Positions 1 to 10,007 of a stretch of 39,438 nucleotides of DNA are shown here, piece by piece. Both the position numbers and the translations under genes were made by a program. How positions within the stretch are numbered: position 1 is the stretch's first letter; the number at the start of each line of letters is the position of its first letter. Below the pieces are notes generated by a model. It worked only from the letters and a program-made list of their open reading frames with translations, was not told the DNA's origin and made no database searches. Origin of the DNA: Prasinococcaceae sp. CCMP 1430 (Eukaryota > Plantae > Prasinodermophyta); NCBI GenBank assembly GCA_013416795.1, contig RQSC01000020.1:232714-272151 (forward strand), written 5' to 3'.

Positions 1-217
1 CCGCCGCGGCGCCGCCGCGGGGATGGGACGGACGGAGAGCGGCCGCGCGCGCGGGCCCCGCGCGCCGCGCGCGGTGGCGGTGAACACTCCGGCCGAGGGA
101 CCGGGCAGCGCCGTCTCGGATGAGGACAGGGCCGCCTTTTACAACGCGCGGTGGCGGATGTTCTTCGGCATCCTCGCGGGCTATGCCACGTACTACTTCA
201 CGCGGCTATCGTTCACG
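1..217 (+). CDS. GlpT/UhpC-family (MFS organophosphate:Pi antiporter) N-terminal exon only; rest of gene not present downstream
   Basis: Frame open from window start; encodes FYNARWRMFFGILAGYATYYFTRLSFT, matching the TM1 motif of GlpT/UhpT/UhpC (GYxxYYxxRxSF). Ends at a GTGCGG donor at 218. Confidence 0.65.
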
Positions 218-251
218 GTGCGGCGCGCGTGCGCGCGCGACGGCGCGCGAG

Positions 252-3078
252 GAACTCATCGTGAAGCTCGGCATCGCCGGCGCGGGGAGGCTGGACGGCG
301 AGGACGGGGTCGCGCACAGCCTGGCGGCCATCGCGGAGCACATGCACGCGCTCGACAGGGAGCGGGCCAGGAGGAACGGCGACGGGCGCGGCGAGAGAGG
401 CGGGGACGGCGGGGACGCGCGGGCGGACATTGCCGCCGTGTTTGGCGCCGACAGCGCCGACGGCGCCGTCATGCGTGCCGCCGAGGGGCTGCTGCGCGGC
501 CGCGGCTGGTTCGACTTCTACTTCTCCAACCTCATGCTGCGCGCGGCGGAGGCTCCGGCCGACTTCGGCGTCGCCGCGGATGAGATGCAGGTCTGGGTGC
601 CTGGTCAGGAGAAGGTGAGGGCGGCAGGGGTGGCGCGCACGAGGGAGCGAGCGCGTCCCCTTCCCCGCCGCGCTGCGCAGCGCTGCTCGCGCGTGGAGGG
701 TGTGCGGCACGGACGCCGCCTCGCGCGGCAGGCGTCGCTGACTCCTCGTGCGGCCTCGTCCGACCACCGCGCGCGCGCGTCCTCGCGCACGCGCGCCGGC
801 CGGCACCAAACGCAAACCGCACCCCCCTGGCGCCCGCACGCAGGCATACCTCCAGACGTACTGGGAGCCCGTGGTGAGCTGCACGTTCGAACGGCGGCTG
901 GGCAAGCGCGGCGACGGCGGCAAGTGGGCGTGCGACCCCGACCAGCTGCTGGAGCACGGGCGCTGCGCGATCGCCAGCGTGGGGAGCGAGAATGAGTGGT
1001 CGTTCGAGACGGAAGTGCTTGAGCGCTACGCGTGCGACTTCGTGCACACCTTCGACCACACCGTGTACGACCCCACGCCGCCGCGCGGCGCCACGTTCCA
1101 CCCGCTCAAGCTGAGTGCCGCCGATGACGAAGCCGAACGCACGATCAGCGTTGCGGGCGTCGTCAGGATGTTGCCGCCGGGGCGTGTGCTCGACATTTTG
1201 AAGATCGACATCGAGGGCGGGGAGTACTTCATGCTCGCGCACAACGCTTCGCTGGACGCCATGGCACGCTCCGTGCGCGTGCTGATGATCGAGGTCCACA
1301 TGTGCTCCAACTTCGTGCCGGAGCCTGACCCAGACTGGGAGAAGCTGTGCTCCGTCAACACGCCCGCTGCGGAGCGCCTCGAGCCGTGGGCGTGCGCCGA
1401 CTACAACGCCAGCGGCTACAAGGAGTACCGCGCGCACATCAAGGCCGAGGAGGAGAGGCTCGCCCGGGAGGAGCAGGAGCGCATGAGGCAGTGGGAGAGG
1501 GACTGGGGAGGCGAATGGGGAGACGGTGGTGAGGATTTGGGCTGGGGGGCCGCCGTGGAGGAGGGCTTGGAAACGTGGTATGCCTGGGCGGCGCAAGATC
1601 AGGCGGCGGAAGACGCAGAGGTCGAGGCAGGGGCGAGTACTGGTCGAAGCAATACCACGACGGAGGCGAGGGATGGCAACAAGAATGCAGCAGCCATGGT
1701 GAATGCCACCACAGGGAGGGGTAGCGGCGACGAGAATGCGACCGTACAGAGTACGACGATCGAGGCAAAGCGCGGCGAGGGAGATGAGCAGGTCAACGCC
1801 GCTGTGGCAGCCGTACTGGGCGTCAAGGGTGCCGAAAGGAAGGGCGGCGGAGGTACCGTGGGGAAAGACGTATCGGCGGGGTCAGCGACTGCACCCGCCG
1901 TGGATGGCGCCAGCGGTGCCGCTGCCGCTGCGAGCGTGAGTGCGGGCGGCAGCACGGCTGAAGCTCTGCCGGTGCTAGCAACCGGCGCCCAGATGCGCGA
2001 GCGCTTCAAGGCGCAGCTCCGAGTCAGGCCACAGCGCACCGCACGCGCCGGCGCCGGGGGCGTGCCTGCGGGGCCGACGACAGCGGCAGGCCGCGCTGCC
2101 GGCAAGAAGACTGGAGACGCCACCGTAGACAGCGTCGACCTCACGGCAAGTGCAACGGCTGAGGACGGCTCCACGATCGCTACGCAAGGGCAGCATGCGA
2201 CGCAGCCCGAGCACAGCAAAGAGTCCACCACAGAAACCCAAACGGCGACGCATCCAAGCAGATCGCGGCATCAGGCTCAACGGAGGCGCCCCGAATTGCG
2301 GCCCCAGCAGCTGCTTTCGCGAGCCGAGCAACAGCAGCGGTTCCATGCGCAACACCAGCATGTGCAGCATGTGGCAGAGGAGCACGGCTTGGATGAAGGC
2401 GAAGAGGATGGCCAAGAGGAGGGCACGCGGCGTCTAGCAGAGTCGCTCGGCAAGGATGGTGCTGGCGCGGACTCTGTCCTGGTCGGCAGCGAGTTCGACG
2501 ACTACAGAGGCTCGTTCGCACGCCTCGGCGAAGGTGCTTGGGATGACGCCCTCTTTGAGGATGGTGCGGGTATTGGCTGGGGCGAGGACTGGATCAGCGG
2601 CAGGTACTCAGGCGACCCGTGGTGGATGTTCGAGGATGGCACGGCGTCTCCTTACAAGTACAGGTTGGTGCGCGAGAGAGGCCTATCTCACGCGAGGCGC
2701 GCGCGCGCTCACGGCGCTCACACCGCGTCGAGCTCTGCCACCCCGTGCCTTTCTCTGACCTCAGTGCTGCCGCTGCGTTGGCTCGCACCTTGTGCGCTTG
2801 CGCGCCCCAGACACGACATGCGACAGTGGGTGGCGCGCCTGGGCCAGCGCCTGTACGACCGCGGCTTTCGCACGTACCACAAGGAGATCAACATCCAGCA
2901 CACGGACGGCTGCTGCCTCGAGTTCGCGCTGGTGAACACCAATCTCTTGCTCGAGCAGGCCGGCGGCGCCGGCAGCGGAAAGGAATCCGACGGGATGGGG
3001 GACGAGGAGGAAACGCGCAGCAGGCAGCGCCGGCAGCGAAGCCGAAGGCACGGCCAACACGAGGAGCGCATGCCGTGA
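252..3078 (+). CDS. METTL24-like / Methyltransf_22 (FkbM-related) methyltransferase, 5' end missing; exons ~252-614, 844-2663, 2811-3078
   Basis: Motifs YWEPxxSCxxERRLGxxGDGGKWACDP, SVGSxNEWSFE, HTFDHT, LDILKIDIEGGEY, LMIEVH, and GFRTYHKEIN...CCLEF. Introns 615-843 (GTGAGG..GCAG, phase 0) and 2664-2810 (GTTGGT..CCAG) keep the frame. Confidence 0.72.
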
Positions 3079-3774
3079 GACTTCGGTCCGCCACGGCGCC
3101 AACAGCGGCCGCCCCGCGCCCGGCTGCCGTGCAGTCGCAGGCAGGGCGCGCGCACGCGCGCGCACATGCGCGGCGGGCGGGCAAATTAATCGCAGCACTA
3201 ACAAGTAATACATCATTCATATGCATGTGCTGCGTATAAGTCGCGCGCGCAGTGCTTACACGGACTTTGCGCGTGCCGCCACTGCTCATTCGCTTGCGTG
3301 CCCGAGAAGGACGGCGTCCCCACTCTCCACTCTCCAGTCGGCGAGGCTGCTGGGCAAGACGAACAGGGTGCTCATAGACGTGTTCGCCCACGTGCATGGA
3401 ATGATGACGAAGGACGCCGGAGCTTACTTTCGCAGGGGGCGCTCGCAACGTCATTAAAATGATTTTCATCTTGTCTGTTCGCGCCGCCAGCAGTACCGGT
3501 ATGCGCGGCGCGCCGAAGCCGGCGCCACTGTGCGCGCCGGCGGCTCCGGTCCGCCCGCGCCCCGTGGGACCCTCTGACGAAGGGAGGCGCCCGCGCGAGC
3601 GCCCGCGGCCTCGCGGGGTGGGGGCGCAGGGTGGTGGTGGGAAGGGGCCGACCCCACGCCTGCGCGGGCCACTGCGCCGGTCCTCAGCCCCTCACCCACC
3701 AATCCGCCCCGCTCCCCTGGCGCTCGCGCGCGCGCCTTGGCCTGAGAGCGAAGGGAATAGGGGAGGCGCTCGCT

Positions 3775-6389
3775 ATGGGGGCGTGCGTGTCCAAGCGCTC
3801 GCCGCGCTGCTGGAGAAGCAGGCGCAGCAATGACCTCGATGACTACGAGATGGACGTGACCATAAACAAGGATGGCCAGGTGATGCTGCCCGAGAAGGTG
3901 ATGAAGGTTCTCCGCGCGGCCGAGTGCAAGGTTGCAGAGCTGAACGACAGAGCGCGCAAGGAGCGCCTCAGCGCGCAGGCGCGTTCACCTGAGGACGAGG
4001 AGCGGCGCCGATCCCACTCGAGTGCGGACACGAGCTCAAGGGGCGGCGAGAGTGGGCTGGAGCCGGCGAGCGCGCGCCTGCGCGCGCGGAAGCCCGGCCA
4101 GGACGGCATCAGCCCGATGGGTGCGCCCCAGTACCTGCACGAGACAATGTACGGCCCGCGCAACTCGATGGACGAGCTCAGAATGATGATGGGCGCGGGG
4201 CAAACCAACCTAATGGGGGTGCTCTCCTCGATCCCTGACCTCGAACTGAGCGACGACGACGACGTGTTCGGCGCCGAGGCCAGAGACGACAGCGAAAGCG
4301 CGCGCAGCTCGTACGTGTCGACTGGCGAGGATCTGTCGGCACTGCTGCACTCTCCCTTTGAACACATCCAGGTGGCGGAGAACGTCACCGTGACGAGCGA
4401 AGTCAAATCTACGCGCGAGCGCCGCGACCGTGACGCCTCGGGGCCGACAATCTCGACATTCGCCAAGTTCCGAACCGACCCCATGGGCAACAAGTACGTC
4501 AACCAATACGTGCTGGTGAAGACCCTCGGCACGGGCACGTTCGGCCGCGTGATGCTCTGTGTCAATGTGATCGACAAGAGGCAGTACGCTATCAAGGTGA
4601 TCGACAAGGCCAAACACATCAATCGGCAAGGTCTGCGGCGCACGCGCGGTGGGACAGACCCGCTCCGTGACATCCGTCGCGAAGTGGCCATCCTCAAGAA
4701 GCTCAACCACCCAAACATCACCTACCTGCACGAGGTGATAGAGGACGTGTCCAGCGACCAGCTCTTCATGGTGCTTGAGTACTGTCCCGGGGGGCCTTGC
4801 TTGCGACAGCGAGCCAACGGCAGTGTCAAGCGCGTGCGCGAGAGCGTCGCGGTCGGCTGGATCCGCGACATCTGCCGTGGCCTGACGTACCTGCATGCTC
4901 GCAACATCCTCCACCGAGATCTGAAACCCGCCAATCTCTTGCGCACGCGGAGCGGCTCCATCTCCATCATGGACTTCGGCATCGCCGAGTGGATCGAACG
5001 GGAAGATGGCCCCGAGGCGTGCGGTAGCGCGGGCACGCCGGCCTTTCTCGCGCCGGAGGCGCTCGATGCTGCCCAGTTCGCAGGCCGGCCGCTCGACGTG
5101 TGGGCGCTTGGAGTTTGCTTGTACTACTTCGTGTACGCCAAGCTTCCCTTCACTGGTTTCAACACCATGGAGCTCTACCGCAACATCATGCACAGCGAGC
5201 CCGACTTCGACGACCACGAGCACCCGATCTCCGACTCGCTCAAGCACCTGCTGCGCAGGCTGCTACAGAAAGATCCGTCGCTGCGCGCAACGCTGCCCGA
5301 GGTCATGTCGCACCCGTGGGTGCTGCGCACTGCCTCGTCTCGGGGCAGAGAGTTCGTCCCCGACGAGGAGTGGGAGGCGGGCGTGGCGATGGAGGCATCA
5401 GCCACGCCGCAGGTCGTGCAGATCACGCAGCTGGAAATGGACCAGGCTGTGAGGATGGACGCCAGCGGTTCAATGGCCAGCATCATGGACACTTCCGAGG
5501 CGCCGCGCGTGACCTTCAAGGCGGGCGAGTGTGTTTTTGCGCAGAACGAGCTGGCAGACGTGGCATACTTCATCGAGTCTGGAGAGTGCTCGGTCGTCCT
5601 TGCGGGAGCCCACTCCGAGCGGCTCGACCTTGCCACGGAGCGACGCGAGGTGTCCATGCCTGCCGTGCGGATCGACTGTGGCGACGACAGCTTCTCCAGC
5701 TCGGGCAGCGACGCCGATGTGGGCAGCAGTTGCGCCAGCGAGGAGGGCGCTTCCTCACGTGCCAGCAGGAGTCTGGGTGGGTGCAGCTCACCTGCGAGCG
5801 CATCAGATCGATGGGAGGGTCCTTTGCATGGATGCGAGTTGGCCGTGCGGGGCCCAGGCGAACTCGTGGGCGAGATGGCGCTCGTCTTGCAAGGCACAGT
5901 GGGTGACTGCGCACGCCGCACGGCCTCGGTGTACGCGAAGACGGACATGACGGCGTTCGCTCTGTCTGCAGAGCAGTTCACACGAGGTACGCAGCCTGAC
6001 CTGTTCAGGAGCGTGTGCGCCAGGCGTTGCGCCTGCGCGCAGCACGACGCCCGCGCTCGACGCACGCACATGCCCCTAGCACGCAAGACTGATCGCCTCC
6101 ATTCACTCACGTCACCACCCGCCGCTGCCCTTGCGCAGACATGCAAAACGACGAGCAGTGCCGCTCAAAGCTGCTGGACCTCGTGTCGCAGCGCTCTCGC
6201 GAGACGGTCCTTTTCAAGCAGCAGCAGTCGATGGAACGGAATTCAAGCTTTGCGAGCGGAAGCGACATAGAGAGCCGGGCAGGCGAGGCGGCCGTCAAGG
6301 TTGCTACCGACACCACTGGGAGTGAAGCGGGTGCTGTCGGCGTCACTGTGAACGGCCCCGCGTCAGCCAACGACGCGGGGCACGCGTAA
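3775..6389 (+). CDS. CaMKK/GRIK(SnAK)-like Ser/Thr kinase with N-myristoylation motif and C-terminal cyclic-nucleotide-binding domain; exons 3775-5986, 6139-6389
   Basis: Starts MGACVS. Kinase motifs GNKYVNQY..LGTGTFG, AIK, HRDLKPANLL, DFG, SAGTPAFLAPE, DVWALG. CNB motifs FKAGECVFAQNE..YFIESG and GPGELVGEMAL..RTASV. Phase-1 intron 5987-6138 (GTACGC..GCAG). Confidence 0.9.
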
Positions 6390-6412
6390 GAAAACTTCTA
6401 AAAGTACAATGC

Positions 6413-6417
6413 TTACA
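6413..6417 (-). terminator. TGTAA polyadenylation signal for the PPR-like gene
   Basis: TTACA on + strand about 30 nt past the stop at 6449. UGUAA is the established chlorophyte poly(A) signal. Confidence 0.45.
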
Positions 6418-6448
6418 TTCATCCTCGTGTTCTCGGACGTCTCCATCA

Positions 6449-7710
6449 CTAGTGCGCGATGCGTTCGCCTGCTACCACCAAAAACGCGGCAGGCGGTGCT
6501 GAGCATGCACACCCACTCTCGTGACGCGCACGCGCTCTCACGCACTCGGAATTTCCCACAGCTCGTCGATGAGGTTCCGCGCCCCGACGAGCTCGCCGTT
6601 GTGCTCGAGCGCGTCTGCTGCGGCATGGCGTGCGGCGACGTCCTTGGTGCCAACAGCACGCTCGAGCTTTTCGAGCGTGTGCAGCACGCCGGCGCAATCA
6701 CCACGTGCACCGAGGCCCCGAATGACCGCCACGTGCGCATCCGTGTCCGCGCGGCCGGTCACCACCCGCATCTCGCGGAGCACCTTCTGGGCCTCCGACA
6801 GGCGTCCGCATCGAGCCAGGACGTCAACTAGCGGGCGGTAAGAGTCCTCGGTGGGCCGTCCGCCCGCCGCCCGCATCACGCTGAAAAGTTCCTTGGCGCT
6901 CTCCACGTCGCCCGCGCAGCCGAGCGCGGCGAGCGTCATGTCGTATGAGGCCTCGTTCGGCGCGGGCAGCGTGTGGATGAAGTCTTTGTCCCCCGCCCCT
7001 GACTTGGCCTCGTAGAGGAGCTCGACGGCCGCGACGTACGCCTTCCTACAGTACGCGTTCTGGTCGGAGGTGCAGATCACGTGATCCCAGCTGCGCGCGA
7101 GCACCCTGAGGGCGGCGTTGAGCGCGCCGACAGGGAGTGCGGTGCCGTTCGCACGCGCGAAGTCCAGCGCGCGGAGCGTGCCCTCAACGTCGGCGTCCGC
7201 GGCGAGCGCGCCGAAGAGAGGCGCGTACGCATCCGGGACGAGATCCAGCTCCCCGCCGCTCTCGGCCAGGTCATAGACGGCACGCGCGCCGCGCGCGTCT
7301 CCCGAGCGCGCACACGCGTCGAGAAGCGAGACCGCCGCGTCTGAGAGCGCCTGGCGGGCGTGAGTCGCCTCGGCATCCCGTGCTGCGCTCGTCCTGCGCA
7401 CCAGGAGCGCGAACAGCTGCTGCGCGCGCGCCGCGGCCGCCCGCGCCTCCGGGCTGCGCCTGCCGCCTCGGGCGGCGAGCCTTTCGAGGACGCCTGTGGC
7501 GAGATCGAGCCACAGGTGGTCCGCCGTGGCGGACTTGGGCTCGCTCAGCTTGACGCCCGCGCCGACCGCCGCCTCAGCCAGGGCGGATTCGCGAGCCGCG
7601 GCGCTCAGCGTCGCCTCCATCTCAGCGCAGGCCGAGGACGCGACCGTGTGCGCGAGGAACGTCACTCGCGGTGCGCGGCGCGCGTGCGCCGCATCACCGG
7701 CCGGCGCGGG
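6449..7710 (-). CDS. Pentatricopeptide-repeat (PPR)-like protein, 3' part; exons ~7710-6546, 6468-6449
   Basis: Tandem ~35-aa helical repeats, e.g. PNEASYDMTLAALGCAGDVESAKELFSVMRAAGGRP / TEDSYRPLVDVLARCGRLSEAQKVLREM. Intron 6545-6469 (GTGCGT..GCAG) gives the ending WEIPSERIAH*. Confidence 0.7.
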
Positions 7711-8513
7711 CGCGGGCGCGTCGTTGGTGCCGTCGCCGGTCACCGCGACCACCTCGCCCATCTCCTTGAGGGCAGACACCAGCAGGTACTTGTCCGAGGG
7801 CGACGAGCGCGCGAGCACTTGGAGCTTTGGCAGGATCTCGCGCATCTGCTCGGGCGAAAGCTTGCGGAACTCGGGGCCCTCCATGGCGTCGCCGTCAGTG
7901 AGGATGCCGCACTCCCGCGCGATGTGCTTGGCGGTGTGGACGTTGTCTCCGGTGACCATGCGCACGCGGATGCCCGCGTTCATGCAGGTCATCACAGCTC
8001 CTGGCACCTCCTTGCGCACGGGGTCCTTGATTCCCACGAGTGCGAGAAGCACCAGGTCAGCCTCGCACTGGTCGGCGTCGTCGAGCACGCCCTCGCTCGT
8101 GTTGGGCGCGAAGTCGCGGTAGGCGATGGCGAGCGTGCGCAGACCACGCGAGGCCATGGCGGTGATGTACTCCTCGTGCGCGTGGCGTCCCTCTTGCGAC
8201 ATGGCCACCACGGCGCCCGAGGTGTCCACCTGCGACACGCACGAGCGCAGCACGATCTCGGCGGCGCCCTTGATGTGCAGACGCGAGCCAGTGCCCTCGG
8301 CGGCAACTACCGATGAGCGCTTGCGGTCTGAGGTGAACTGGTGCATCTTGGTGATGGTCTTGGTGCGCGCGTCGCGAATGCGGCGGTAGTCCTCGCCCAG
8401 CTCGCGGCACATGACGAGCAGCGCGCACTCCGTGCGGTTGCCCACAAACTCAATCGGCGTGCCCGCCACCGCATCAGGCGGCGGGTCCACGAGGAAGGCC
8501 TTCGAGTTGAGAG
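7711..8513 (-). CDS. Internal fragment of a P2B-type Ca2+-ATPase (ACA/PMCA; N and P domains)
   Basis: Motifs VGNRTECALL, FTSDRKRSS, KGAAEIVL, GLRTLAIAY, GIKDPVR, VRMVTGDN, VLARSSPSDK, VAVTGDGTNDAPA. Cut at an n (8514) and just after GTNDAPA. Confidence 0.9.
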
Positions 8514-8514
8514 N

Positions 8515-9486
8515 CTGGCGGGGGAAATGGAGGAAGGGAGCGAGGCGGAGGCAGAGGCGCAGGGCCTGGCTGCGCGAGCGCGCGAGGCGCACGCCAGCCT
8601 GGAGGCCGCGGTGCGCGGCGCGCACGCGCGAGCGCGCCGCAACGCCGAGGAGGCGCAGCGAGGCGCACTCCTGGGCCCGGGCAAGGCTGCCAGCGAGGCG
8701 GGGGGCGCCGGCAGCGAGCAGGGAGACGAGGCGGCGATGGAGGCGGCGACGCAGGCAACAGCCTCACTGCGCCGAACGCGCCAGCTCATGCAGGAGGAAA
8801 TCGCGCATGGCCGTGCGACGCTCGCCGCGCTCGGCGCGTCGACCACGACGCTCGCCAGCACCAAGGAAGAATTCGAGGGACAGGCGGGCGAGCTGCGTGC
8901 TGGCCGAAAGCTTCTCGAGTGGCTCAGCCGAGCCAACTCCTCCGATCGGGTCATGAACCTGCTCGCATTCGGTTTCTTCTGCGCGTGTGCCGCGCACGTC
9001 GTTGCAAGACGGATGGGGCTCTGGCGACTCGGCCGCTACGCCGTGCGCAAGGCCACTCGCGCCGGAGCTCTGCCAGCGGACGTGGGTGTGCATGCCGACA
9101 TCGACGGCGGCGGTGGCGACCATTTGCACGCGCCGGAGGGCGTGGATGCGGGGGTGGATGGGCGAGCGGGGGGAACGAGCGGCGAGGGTGACATTACGCC
9201 CTTCGACGGGCTCGTGCAAGGCGTGGGCGCTATCGGCGGTGACGGTGCAGGCAAGGTCGCAGCGGCAGCCGCGCTGGACCCTGAGGCGGTGGTGGTGATG
9301 GACAGCGAATGTGCGGGCGAAGCAGGCGAGTGCGGCCAAGAGGGGGTGTGCAGTGGTGCGGAGGCTGGTGGCAGCGAGTGCCTGCGTGAGTTCGAGCGCG
9401 ACCTCGACGGCGCAGCCGGCGCCGAGGTGCGCGCCCTCGCCGACGAACTTGAAGCTGCGGGTAGCGGCTTCCACGAGGAGCTCTGA
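8515..9486 (+). CDS. SEC20: SEC20 (ER Qb-SNARE), 5' end lost at n gap; long luminal tail ending HEEL
   Basis: ATASLRRTRQLMQEEI..TLAALGAST..L..T..EF..Q...L...RKLL..L.R....D followed by TM LLAFGFFCACAAHVV and RR; C-terminal HEEL. Confidence 0.8.
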   Translation: MAGEMEEGSEAEAEAQGLAARAREAHASLEAAVRGAHARARRNAEEAQRGALLGPGKAASEAGGAGSEQGDEAAMEAATQATASLRRTRQLMQEEIAHGRATLAALGASTTTLASTKEEFEGQAGELRAGRKLLEWLSRANSSDRVMNLLAFGFFCACAAHVVARRMGLWRLGRYAVRKATRAGALPADVGVHADIDGGGGDHLHAPEGVDAGVDGRAGGTSGEGDITPFDGLVQGVGAIGGDGAGKVAAAAALDPEAVVVMDSECAGEAGECGQEGVCSGAEAGGSECLREFERDLDGAAGAEVRALADELEAAGSGFHEEL

Positions 9487-10007
9487 GCACGGGCGAGAGC
9501 CCCGGCGCGACCAGCGCCGCCTGCGCAGCGCAGCCACGTGCCCGTGCAGGGTGTTCGCAGCCCTGTCTATGCAGACATTCGTCTCGCATGGCCGTGGGCC
9601 ATCGCAGCGCTGGCCTCATGCGAGTAATGAGCACTCACAACCACTGCTGCTCTAGAGACTGTAGTACAGTGTACCAGGTCCAGCACTGCACTGCTGATAC
9701 TACAGACAGCCGCCGCTCACCAGCGCGCCGCCGCGGTCCGTCCCGCGCTGGCTGCGTTCGCCCGCGCCCGCGCGCAAACGGCCAGGTCGCGCACCACGCG
9801 CCCGGCTCGCCGGGTCCGTTTCAGTTTCAGTTTCGCCCCGCCGCCATTCCCCTCTTTTGCTCTTGTTGTTGTTGCTCTTGAAGCGGACCGGACCCCACCG
9901 TTCCGGAATCCGAGCGGGGCCTCGGCAGGTACGTTCAAATTGGCGCGCAGCAGCGGCGCTGGCGCAGGCGACGGCGACGGCGACCGCCGTCGCCGCCGCG
10001 GCCGGGG

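Noticed and set aside
218-251. 34-nt GT..GAG intron that would fuse the transporter exon in frame to the methyltransferase
   Set aside because: Far shorter than other introns here, no branch point, atypical GAG acceptor, and the product makes no structural sense.
3240-3480. Possible snoRNA, SECIS or MRP RNA (ATGATGA at ~3401, GGAGCTTAC, 8-bp stem)
   Set aside because: No D box at a suitable distance, no SECIS GA quartet partner, and no MRP/P4 pairing motif.
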